This document shows positions 8,285 to 16,281 of a stretch of 22,445 nucleotides of DNA, piece after piece. How positions within the stretch are numbered: position 1 is the stretch's first letter; each line of letters starts with the position of its first letter. A model generated the notes under the pieces. The model was not told where the DNA came from and searched no databases. It worked only from the letters and a program-made list of their open reading frames with translations. The position numbers and the translations under genes are program-made. Source of the DNA: Candidatus Diapherotrites archaeon CG10_big_fil_rev_8_21_14_0_10_31_34. GTDB taxonomy: Archaea > Iainarchaeota > Iainarchaeia > Iainarchaeales > 1-14-0-10-31-34. The stretch is from positions 9,155-31,599 of the forward strand of contig PFAI01000017.1 in assembly GCA_002763225.1 (NCBI GenBank). Reading direction: 5' to 3'.

Positions 8285-8976
8285 CTAAATCTGTGTGCAA
8301 GTTTCATTAATTTTATTCCCGGAGAAAAACCAACAAAACCAATTAATGCTCCTATTACCACTACTACTCTCATTAAAACTGTTTCAATTCCTGTTGTTCC
8401 AATCAAATCAAGATATCCTCCGATAAAAAATAATCCCATTGAAATCGCAACTGAATTAAACTGAATAAAAGTGCTTGTTTTTCTTGCCCTAAATGCAAGT
8501 AATGCAAGCAATGCAACCATTACAAAAGAAAAATATCCTGAGTATTGTGTTGCAAGCAATGCTTCATTGCTTTGAATAATATATTTTAGTGTCCACTCCA
8601 TTAATGGCCCGACATATGATGCTGTCGCATTAAAATAAATGTAAATTAAGCCGGTGATTGCTGAAATTCCAGGTAAAATCCAGATTGTTTTTCCTTTTAA
8701 TGATGTGGCGCTTAAAAACAATGAAATTGAAACAAAAGGAATGACTGCTAAAATTATTGCTAAAGTAAAAAATAATTTTGAAAAATAAACTGAATTAAAT
8801 ATTCCGCTTAAATCTGTTAATGCTACAAAAAAGTATATTCCTGTTGCGCCCAACCAAAAAGTTCCAAACGCTAAATTCAGTAAATTTCCTTTGTTTGGCT
8901 TAATTTTTTTTACAAGCAATAAACTGATTACCACAATAAATAAATCTATTATTACGCTTGAAATTAATGTAATCAT
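8281..8976 (-). CDS. Polytopic membrane protein (about 7 TM), sensor-domain-like, function unknown
   Basis: 231 aa with about seven hydrophobic segments and no soluble domain. ATGA overlap with the upstream gene. Confidence 0.7.
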   Translation of the reverse strand: MITLISSVIIDLFIVVISLLLVKKIKPNKGNLLNLAFGTFWLGATGIYFFVALTDLSGIFNSVYFSKLFFTLAIILAVIPFVSISLFLSATSLKGKTIWILPGISAITGLIYIYFNATASYVGPLMEWTLKYIIQSNEALLATQYSGYFSFVMVALLALLAFRARKTSTFIQFNSVAISMGLFFIGGYLDLIGTTGIETVLMRVVVVIGALIGFVGFSPGIKLMKLAHRFS

Positions 8977-9353
8977 TCTTTTCCATCTTCAAAAAATTCT
9001 TCTGTTTGGTTTTGCATTTTTTCTTTAACTAAACTCATAAAATCACTTTCTTTGTATAATTCCTCTAAATACATTGAAGCTCTGGCAAAACAAAATGCTG
9101 ACAAAATTATGAAAAAATAAAAAAAGTAGTCAAGCAGCTCTCCTTTGACAAACCCGGTTACCTCTAAAAGAAAGTGCATTACAAGGTTTACTGCAAGCAA
9201 AAAAACTCCAGTTGAAAGCCATTTAAAAAATTTATTCAAATTGCTTTCAGCAAAACTTCTTTTTGTTTTCCAGATCCAGTAAGAAGAAATAACTATTAAT
9301 AACATTGAAATAGTTAAAAAAAGAAAATGCAGATCACTTATAGGCAAAACCAA
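8973..9353 (-). CDS. Small membrane protein (3 TM, acidic C-terminal tail)
   Basis: 126 aa, TTG start preceded by GAGTGA, three hydrophobic segments. Confidence 0.65.
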   Translation of the reverse strand: MVLPISDLHFLFLTISMLLIVISSYWIWKTKRSFAESNLNKFFKWLSTGVFLLAVNLVMHFLLEVTGFVKGELLDYFFYFFIILSAFCFARASMYLEELYKESDFMSLVKEKMQNQTEEFFEDGKE

Positions 9354-9400
9354 TTAAATCACTCAAATATTACGCTTTTTTTGTTTTAATACTTTTTCTT

Positions 9401-10438
9401 TTAGTCTCTAAACCTTAAAACAGCAATTATTCCCCCAAAACCGTTTAAGTATTCGCCTGCTTCGTGTTCAGAAGAAAATAATAATATTTTTCCTTTAAAT
9501 GATTCAACTTTTTCCATTAATTCCTGTATTTTTTCTCTGTCTGAAAAAAATTTTTTGTCTGAAACAATTAATTCTTCTACTGCCCCTTTTTCTGCTGCCT
9601 CTGAAATTTCTTTTAAACCATATTCTACCATTGAATTATCTTTTCTGGCTTCTTTCATTATTTCTTCCATTTTCTTGTTTTCTTTTATCAGCATGCTTTC
9701 CTGTAAAAATTTTTCTATTAACCCTTCTTTAACTAATTCATTTAATCCGGTTTTTCCCACTGAATTACTGCTTTCAAATACTGCGTTTAATTTAATGTTT
9801 TTGTTTGCTAAAAATTTTTGTAAATCATTTTTTGTAAATCCCGGCCCTGCAACCAAAATCATTGTTTTTTTTTCTTCCTGTATTTTTTTTATTATTTCTT
9901 CAAAGTACTTGTTTTCTTTTCCTTTTTCTTCTTTGAATCTTTTTCCTTGTTTTCCTGATTTAATTACTGCCTTGACTTTTAATCCTTTTTCGCTTGCTTC
10001 TGCTATTGTTGCTTCTTCGTCATCTAATACAACTAAAAGTAATTGATTTCTTCCAGAGCTTTTAACTGCTTTTTCTATTATATCAATCTGAAATTGTTTT
10101 ATTTTATTTTTTTTGATTTTGATTTTGTCTTTTAATCCGAATTCAATTGAATGGAATGCATTTGCTTCAAAGAATTCTATTGGTTTCATGGCTTTCATTT
10201 TTCCTGAAACCCTTAACTGCTGGTAATTTTCATGAAACTCTATTTTGTCTGCTTCTAATTCAACCCATATAATCATTTTTTGTGCTTTTCTTCCTTCTTC
10301 TCCTTTAATTTTTCTTTCAGAAGTTCCACTAACTAAATCCCCTTTTTCCAGTACTCTTTCCAAATACCATAAGTCATCTAGGCTTTCAGGGATAAGTTCC
10401 AGAAAATTGTTTTTTAAATCTATTTTAAGTTTTTTCAT
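9401..10438 (-). CDS. pelA: Ribosome rescue factor Pelota
   Basis: PESLDDLWYL, GDLV, LRVSG, HSI, VAGPGFTK, VEYGLKEI, GAVEELIVSD, SSEHEAGEYLNGFGGIIAVLRF. Confidence 0.96.
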   Translation of the reverse strand: MKKLKIDLKNNFLELIPESLDDLWYLERVLEKGDLVSGTSERKIKGEEGRKAQKMIIWVELEADKIEFHENYQQLRVSGKMKAMKPIEFFEANAFHSIEFGLKDKIKIKKNKIKQFQIDIIEKAVKSSGRNQLLLVVLDDEEATIAEASEKGLKVKAVIKSGKQGKRFKEEKGKENKYFEEIIKKIQEEKKTMILVAGPGFTKNDLQKFLANKNIKLNAVFESSNSVGKTGLNELVKEGLIEKFLQESMLIKENKKMEEIMKEARKDNSMVEYGLKEISEAAEKGAVEELIVSDKKFFSDREKIQELMEKVESFKGKILLFSSEHEAGEYLNGFGGIIAVLRFRD

Positions 10439-10473
10439 TAAAGATTTTTGTTTAAACTGTTTTTTAATTGTTT

Positions 10474-10599
10474 TTAATTCTCTTTTTTTTCTTTTTGTTT
10501 TTTTTCATGTTTTTTTATTTGTTTTTCCTTTTTTCTTCTTTTGAGTTTCTTTTTTTTTCTTTTGAATTTCCGTTTTATCCTTTTGTTTTTGTTTTTCAT
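10474..10599 (-). other. Candidate polybasic upstream ORF (41 aa) ahead of pelota
   Basis: ATG 10599 to TAA 10474 gives MKNKNKRIKRKFKRKKKKLKRRKKEKQIKKHEKKQKEKKEN (26/41 K+R). May be a chance ORF in A-rich DNA. Confidence 0.3.
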
Positions 10600-10642
10600 T
10601 CTTTTGAATTTCTTTTTAATTCTTTTTAATTCTAGTCTTATT
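10538..10642. repeat. Degenerate 21-nt tandem repeat (about 5 units) in the pelota-ABCE1 spacer
   Basis: Units start at 10538 (CTTTTGAGTTTC), 10559 (CTTTTGAATTTC), 10580 (CTTTTGTTTTTG), 10601 (CTTTTGAATTTC) and 10622 (CTTTTTAATTCT). Confidence 0.6.
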
Positions 10643-12412
10643 ATGGCTTTAAAGAAAAGAATTGCTGTATTGGATTATGATAAATGTCATCCAATAGAAT
10701 GTGGGAATTTTTTGTGCATCAGAATGTGTCCTGTAAACAGAACCAAAAAAGAATGCATTATTGAAAACGAAAAAAATTTTCCTGAAATTTCTGAAGAATT
10801 ATGTATTGGCTGCCAGATTTGCGTGGTTAAATGTCCTTTTGATGCAATTTCAATTATTAACAAGCCTGCTGAACTTGATTTTCCAATTCATCAGTTTTCA
10901 AAAAATTCTTTTAGATTATACAACCTGCCTTATCCAAAGAATTCAGCTGTTGTCGGTTTAATTGGAAAAAATGGAATAGGAAAATCAACTGTTTTAAAGA
11001 TTCTTTCAAATGAATTGACGCCTAATTTAGGAAATTTTGATGAAACTCCTTCAATAGATAAAGTACTTGAAAAATTTAAGGGAAAACAGTTAATGAATTT
11101 TTTTAATTCAGCAAAAAAAGATTCAAAACTTTCTTTTAAGCCTCAGAGAATTGAATTAATCCCAAAAAAAGCCAAAGGCAAAGTTTTAGATTTACTGAAA
11201 AAAATTGATGAAAGAAATAAATTAAATGAATTAATTGAATTGCTTGATTTAAAAGAAATTTTGAATAAAGAAATCAAAACTCTTTCCGGCGGAGAACTTC
11301 AAAGAATTGCTATTGCTGCTACTGCATTAAAGCAGGCAGACTATTATTTTTTTGATGAACCTTCTTCTTTTCTGGACATCAAACAAAGATTAAACATGGC
11401 TAAAGTAATTAATTCTTTAGCTGAATCAAATAAAAGCGTTTTAATTGTTGAACACGATTTAGCTGTATTAGATTATTTAAGCGAGTACATCCATGTTTTT
11501 TATGGTTCTCCCGGCGTTTATGGAGTAGTCAGTTCAGTTAAAAGTTCCAGAAATGGAATAAATGAATTTTTAAACGGCTATTTAAAAGATGAAAACCTTA
11601 AATTTCGAAGCAAAGAATTAAGTTTTGAAGTAAAGCCGCCTCAAAAAAGCAGGAAGACATCAATTTTCTTTTCTTATCCTTTTCTTGAAAAAAAGTTTCC
11701 TGGTTTTAGCTTAAAAATTGAAGAAGGAAATTTAAGGCAAGGGGAAGTAATTGGAATTGTTGGTGGAAATGCTTTAGGTAAAACAACTTTTGTCAGAATG
11801 CTTGCAGGGGAAATAAAACCAGATAACACTAAACTGGATTTTAAACTGAAAATTTCTTTTAAATCACAGCAGTTGAATTCAGAGAAAAAAACTGTCAGAG
11901 AATTATTTTCTCTGCCTGAAATAAACAAAGATATATTTAATTCTGAATTCAGAAAAAAGCTTTCTTTGGATTCTTTAATGGATTCAGATTTAAGTAATTT
12001 AAGCGGAGGAGAACTGCAAAAAGTTGCAGTAGCTTTTTGTTTAAGCAAAGAAGCAGACCTTTATTTATTGGATGAACCTTCTGCGTTTATTGATGTTGAA
12101 GACAGGTTAAAAATTGCTGAAGCAATCAGAAGCATCATAGAAAAAAAAGGCAAAACAGCTTTAATTGTTGACCATGATGTATTGTTTATTGATTATATTT
12201 CTGACAGGCTGATTGTATTTGAAGGAATTACTTCTGTTTCAGGAAAATCTTTTGCTCCGCAGGAAATGCATTCTGGAATGAATTTTTTCCTTAAAGAAAT
12301 GTCAGTTACTTTCAGGAGAGACCCTGAAACCGGAAGACCCAGAGCAAACAAACTGAATTCAATTAAAGATAAAGAACAAAAACAAAAAGGAGAATATTAT
12401 TATTCAGTTTAA
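10643..12412 (+). CDS. rli1: Ribosome recycling ATPase ABCE1/RLI1
   Basis: N-terminal 2x[4Fe-4S] motifs (CHPIECGNFLCIRMCP; CIGCQICVVKCP), two NBDs (GKNGIGKS, LSGGELQ, DEPS; GGNALGKT, LSGGELQ, DEPS), C-terminal TFRRDPETGRPRANK. Start at ATG 10643; the upstream extension in the ORF track is low-complexity. Confidence 0.97.
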   Translation: MALKKRIAVLDYDKCHPIECGNFLCIRMCPVNRTKKECIIENEKNFPEISEELCIGCQICVVKCPFDAISIINKPAELDFPIHQFSKNSFRLYNLPYPKNSAVVGLIGKNGIGKSTVLKILSNELTPNLGNFDETPSIDKVLEKFKGKQLMNFFNSAKKDSKLSFKPQRIELIPKKAKGKVLDLLKKIDERNKLNELIELLDLKEILNKEIKTLSGGELQRIAIAATALKQADYYFFDEPSSFLDIKQRLNMAKVINSLAESNKSVLIVEHDLAVLDYLSEYIHVFYGSPGVYGVVSSVKSSRNGINEFLNGYLKDENLKFRSKELSFEVKPPQKSRKTSIFFSYPFLEKKFPGFSLKIEEGNLRQGEVIGIVGGNALGKTTFVRMLAGEIKPDNTKLDFKLKISFKSQQLNSEKKTVRELFSLPEINKDIFNSEFRKKLSLDSLMDSDLSNLSGGELQKVAVAFCLSKEADLYLLDEPSAFIDVEDRLKIAEAIRSIIEKKGKTALIVDHDVLFIDYISDRLIVFEGITSVSGKSFAPQEMHSGMNFFLKEMSVTFRRDPETGRPRANKLNSIKDKEQKQKGEYYYSV

Positions 12413-12703
12413 TTTTGTTCCACTAAAATTTATGGCATCACTTTTAATTTGTTTTTTTATTTCATCTTCTTCTGTTGCTGTTTCATCTTTTTTTATTTCT
12501 GTTTTATTTTCTTTTATTATTGTTTCATCTTTTAATTCAAGTTTTCCTGCATTATTTTCATTTAGCTGAATTGCTTTTCCTTCTCCAATTGGAATTAAAT
12601 CAGAGTTTTTCTGGCTTTCAATAAAGTTTCCAAAAGCAATAACTATCATTGCAACTGCAAAAATTGAGGCAATGGTAATTCCAATTCTTGTTTTTTCTTT
12701 CAT
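12404..12703 (-). CDS. Small protein with N-terminal TM anchor or signal, function unknown
   Basis: 99 aa, basic N-terminus, one hydrophobic helix, charged tail. Confidence 0.6.
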   Translation of the reverse strand: MKEKTRIGITIASIFAVAMIVIAFGNFIESQKNSDLIPIGEGKAIQLNENNAGKLELKDETIIKENKTEIKKDETATEEDEIKKQIKSDAINFSGTKLN

Positions 12704-12805
12704 TAAAGAATTCTCTTTTGATATTATTAATTTGTTTTTCTTTTTGTTAGCTTTTTCCCTAACAATCCAATAAAATTAAATAGGTTGTTTTCAAAGAATA
12801 GTATT

Positions 12806-14200
12806 ATGTGCTCTGTTTCTGGTGTGATTTCAAAAAACAATGAAGATGTATTTAATCATTTAATGGAATTATTGTTTGATTTAAAGCACAGAGGAAATGC
12901 TTTTTTTGGGGTTTCAGTTCAAGGCAAAACAATTCATTCTAAAACCATTTTTTCTTTGAGAAACAATTTTATTAAGGGTTCAATTGGTTTGGCTCATTCT
13001 TTAAGGCCTGTCAGGGGATTTCATGTTCAGCCGATTGATTTTTCTGATGGAACAATAATTTTTAACGGAGAAATATATAACTTTTTTGAGTTTTCTGATT
13101 CAGAATCTGATTCTCTTTTTATTAAAGAGTTTTTTGAAAGAGAGTTAAAAAATAATTCAATTGAAAAAGCAGTTAACAAATTTATGAATAACGCTAATGG
13201 CGAATATTCTATTGCAATTTACTTTAAAAAAAAGATTTATGTTTTCAGAGACTTGTTTGGAATAAAGCCTGTTTGGTTTGGAGAAAATGATTCTTTTATT
13301 GCTTTTTCTTCTGAACCAAAACCATTAAAGAAAATGAATATTAATTATCCTTTGCCTTTGCTTCCAGGAAATTTATTAATTCTTTCTCAGAAAGGAATTG
13401 AAATAAAAAAAGTTTTTTCTTTTGATGAAATGAAAAAAAAGTGCATTAAAAAAGCTTCTTTTTTGGATTTAAAAAAATCTTTTTTTGAATCAGTTTTTTT
13501 GAGAACAAGAAACACAGATAAAGCTGCAGTGCTTTTTTCCGGAGGCGTTGATTCAACTGTTATTGCTAAAGCTGTTTCTTCAATGATTCCTGAAACTGAA
13601 TTGTTTTCTGTTGGAATGCAGGATTCTCATGACCTGAATTCTGCGGCAAGGGCTTCAGATGAATTAGGTTTAAAGCTTCACACCAGAGTATTGGAAAAAG
13701 ATGAATTAAAGGATTTATCTCTTAAATGTCTTTCCTTGCTTTCTTTTTTTGATGAAATGCAGTTGCATTTAGCTGTTCCGGAATATGCAGTATGTGAATT
13801 AGTGAAAAAAAAAGGTTTTTCAACTATTTTTTCCGGGCAGGGTTCAGATGAAATTTTTGGGGGTTATCATTCTTACACTAAATTTTCTTTAAATAAAGTT
13901 CAGAATGAAATCTGGCATTCAATTTTTAATTTATGGAGCAGAAACCTTTACAGAGAAGATTTAATTTCAATGAATTTTTATTTAGAGCACAGAATTCCTT
14001 TTTTAGACAAAGATTTAATCTGCACTTCAATGAGAATTCCGGTTAACCAAAAAATTTTTAGTTCAAAAGACAATTTAAGAAAAAGAGTTTTAAGAAAGCT
14101 TGCCTTAGATTTAGGGATTTCAGAGGAAATTGCTTTAAAGCCAAAAAAAGCTTTGCAGTATGGTTCTGGAGTTTCAAAACACATTTCAAAGTTTTTTTAA
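12806..14200 (+). CDS. asnB: Asparagine synthetase B-like glutamine amidotransferase
   Basis: Starts MCSVSG (Ntn catalytic Cys2); HRG, FNGEIYNF, RDLFGIKP, FSGGVDS, SGQGSDEIFGGY, RIPFLD, KKALQYGSG. Confidence 0.9.
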   Translation: MCSVSGVISKNNEDVFNHLMELLFDLKHRGNAFFGVSVQGKTIHSKTIFSLRNNFIKGSIGLAHSLRPVRGFHVQPIDFSDGTIIFNGEIYNFFEFSDSESDSLFIKEFFERELKNNSIEKAVNKFMNNANGEYSIAIYFKKKIYVFRDLFGIKPVWFGENDSFIAFSSEPKPLKKMNINYPLPLLPGNLLILSQKGIEIKKVFSFDEMKKKCIKKASFLDLKKSFFESVFLRTRNTDKAAVLFSGGVDSTVIAKAVSSMIPETELFSVGMQDSHDLNSAARASDELGLKLHTRVLEKDELKDLSLKCLSLLSFFDEMQLHLAVPEYAVCELVKKKGFSTIFSGQGSDEIFGGYHSYTKFSLNKVQNEIWHSIFNLWSRNLYREDLISMNFYLEHRIPFLDKDLICTSMRIPVNQKIFSSKDNLRKRVLRKLALDLGISEEIALKPKKALQYGSGVSKHISKFF

Positions 14201-14215
14201 GGAAAGTAATTAACA

Positions 14216-14806
14216 TTACCCGTAATGGACATTGCTGTAATTTACGTCCATTAAATTTGAATCCAAATCCAATACAAACAAATTACAGTCATTTGTTATA
14301 CTATTAAAATTTGCATCAATTCTTTTTTGGAATAAAACGTTTTTGTCAAATGAAGCCAGTGAATTCAAATCAATTCCTATTTCAATATGATGCTGGCACA
14401 TTAAATCAAAATAAACATTTACATCAAACACGCTTCTTTCTCCTACTGAATGAGGTTGTCTGTCAACAATTTTTTTCATTACAATATTCGCACTCTTTAA
14501 ATTTCTTATTTGGCAGTTTGAATTCAGTTCTGATACAGTATTCAAATCATAGCTTATAATATTTGAGTCATTGAATGCTACTCCGATTGTTAAGCATTTT
14601 GCAGAAAAAGCCGAGTCAATTATTGCATCTGAAGTGGATTTATCTAATACCATTCTTGCATTCTGCCATTGTTTTATTGTATAATTAAAGCTTTCTTTTT
14701 GTGGAATTAATGCCTGGCTTTTATTGAATGAATTAACAGTAAATAATGCTGTAGATAAAACCAGCAAAACTATTACTCCAATCAAAACACTGTAAAATCC
14801 TTTCAT
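14216..14806 (-). CDS. Class III signal peptide (pilin-like) protein
   Basis: MKG|FYSVLIGVIVLLVLS. ATG 14806 overlaps the upstream stop (ATGA). Confidence 0.65.
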   Translation of the reverse strand: MKGFYSVLIGVIVLLVLSTALFTVNSFNKSQALIPQKESFNYTIKQWQNARMVLDKSTSDAIIDSAFSAKCLTIGVAFNDSNIISYDLNTVSELNSNCQIRNLKSANIVMKKIVDRQPHSVGERSVFDVNVYFDLMCQHHIEIGIDLNSLASFDKNVLFQKRIDANFNSITNDCNLFVLDLDSNLMDVNYSNVHYG

Positions 14807-15141
14807 CTTAAACTCCTTTTTCCCATGCAATATTTTTTTTCAATTACTCCGCCTCTGCCAAAAACTGTCTGATAATCTTTGTTGTAATCATATAAACTAA
14901 AGCATTCAGCGTAATCAAAATTATTAAAATCTACATTGGTTGACTTTAATCCGCTGTCTTCTGCATCTTTTCCTAAATAAAACCCTGTCATTGCCTGATT
15001 TGGAAGCTCTTGTTTTATGAATGAAATGTTTGCTTCGCTTCCTTCTTCAATTGAATAAGGGAAAGTTAATATCAGTGTGCAAATCATTACTGTTGCTAAT
15101 CCAATTAATGCATCAGTGCTGAAAATAAATCCTTTAGTCAT
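14803..15141 (-). CDS. Class III signal peptide (pilin-like) protein
   Basis: MTKG|FIFSTDALIGLATVMICTLIL. 8-nt overlap with the upstream gene. Confidence 0.75.
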   Translation of the reverse strand: MTKGFIFSTDALIGLATVMICTLILTFPYSIEEGSEANISFIKQELPNQAMTGFYLGKDAEDSGLKSTNVDFNNFDYAECFSLYDYNKDYQTVFGRGGVIEKKYCMGKRSLR

Positions 15142-15793
15142 TTTTCCACACCATAAACTTTATTGTTGCAGGATAAAGATTGCAGTGTATTCCATCTGGA
15201 CCGTAAACTCTGCATTGCTCGAATTCGTTTTTGTCTACTGTTAAAGTTTTCCCAGTAGTTCCATTTACTTTGTTGTGGAACACTACATTCAAATCTATTG
15301 CATAAACATTTTTTGCTAAAGCCGGAGGAGAAATTTCACAGTCTGAAAGTAATGCTGCATTTAAAGTTGGAATAACTTTTCCTCCTGTTACTTTAATAAA
15401 ACAAGAATAATTTTCAGGCAAACCCAAAAATTCTTTTAACACTGGTTTAAATGTTCTATGTAAATTTCCGTATTTGTCCCAGGTTTTGCATGCTGTTTCG
15501 CTTCCCCCGCATGCAGTGTATGGTGCAGTAAAGTTAAAGTCAGGCAAACAATTACTCATATAAGATAAAACCGTATTCTGGTCTCTGAAATCAACTAATT
15601 CGCAAACTAATTTTGGGCTGTTAACTAAATTGTTTGCTGCAGTTTTTCCCATTATTTGAGTGTCGTCTTTTAGTTCTTTGTCTTTAAAATTATAGTTTTC
15701 TATTTCACTTAACTGCAGTACTAATCCTACAGCCAGCACCAGTAAAACCAATGACATAATGAAATCCAATGAAATTATTTGTCCTTTTTTCAT
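15134..15793 (-). CDS. Class III signal peptide (pilin-like) protein, Cys-rich
   Basis: MKKG|QIISLDFIMSLVLLVLAVG. ATG 15793 overlaps the upstream stop (ATGA). Eight Cys in the extracellular part. Confidence 0.78.
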   Translation of the reverse strand: MKKGQIISLDFIMSLVLLVLAVGLVLQLSEIENYNFKDKELKDDTQIMGKTAANNLVNSPKLVCELVDFRDQNTVLSYMSNCLPDFNFTAPYTACGGSETACKTWDKYGNLHRTFKPVLKEFLGLPENYSCFIKVTGGKVIPTLNAALLSDCEISPPALAKNVYAIDLNVVFHNKVNGTTGKTLTVDKNEFEQCRVYGPDGIHCNLYPATIKFMVWKND

Positions 15794-16239
15794 GTTTCTC
15801 CCCAATTATCCCTGTTTGCATCAATCATCTGGCCGCAAATATAATTTAAGTCTGTTTTAAACAAAAAATTAAAGTTAATGTCTTTTTTTACTGCAACTTC
15901 ATTTAAGCCAATTGATTTATAACTGATTTTCATATAGGTATTTGGAGAATTACTTCTGTGCAAAGTGATATTGCAGTCTTGTTTTCCTCTTTTTTGCGGG
16001 TCAATTATAAACGGGATTCTATAATTTATATTAAAATTGCTGTCTCTGTTTTCATCAAATATTTTGGTTTGGTTAATTAATTCAGTTAAATCGTTTAAAA
16101 TATTTTGTTCTTGGGCTCTTATCCCTGTTGTTCTTTCTGACTGGCTTAATTCCTGAGTAAAAGTAGCAAACACTTGGGCTAAAAGAATTACTACAATTAC
16201 AGTAAACATTAAATCCAGACTAATTTGACCTTTTTTCAT
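15790..16239 (-). CDS. Class III signal peptide (pilin-like) protein
   Basis: MKKG|QISLDLMFTVIVVILLAQVF. Confidence 0.8.
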   Translation of the reverse strand: MKKGQISLDLMFTVIVVILLAQVFATFTQELSQSERTTGIRAQEQNILNDLTELINQTKIFDENRDSNFNINYRIPFIIDPQKRGKQDCNITLHRSNSPNTYMKISYKSIGLNEVAVKKDINFNFLFKTDLNYICGQMIDANRDNWGET

Positions 16240-16253
16240 TCAGATAAAAATAG

Positions 16254-16273
16254 AGTTTAATAATATTTAAACT
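16254..16273 (-). promoter_or_regulatory. Putative TATA box (TTTAAATA, 16264-16271, minus strand) within an inverted repeat
   Basis: AGTTTAA-N6-TTAAACT palindrome. The TATA ends 24 nt upstream of the first pilin ATG, consistent with a leaderless transcript. Confidence 0.5.
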
Positions 16274-16281
16274 TAGCGAAA

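Noticed and set aside
8281..8976. 7-TM protein as a microbial rhodopsin
   Set aside because: No retinal-binding Lys (DxxxK) in the last helix.
10474..10599. Polybasic peptide as ribosomal protein eL41/eS32
   Set aside because: Similarity is only compositional; the conserved Trp-containing KW motif is absent.
10541..10642. Phe/Leu-rich N-terminal extension of ABCE1 resembling a signal peptide
   Set aside because: It is a translation of the T-rich spacer; ABCE1 homology begins at MALKKRIAV (10643).
10538..10642. CRISPR array
   Set aside because: The 21-nt period is too short, the units are degenerate and low-complexity, and there are no cas genes.
12806..14200. GAT-QueC (archaeosine synthesis) identity
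   Set aside because: It lacks QueC Zn-binding Cys motifs and has the AsnB-type SGQGSDEIFGGY motif.
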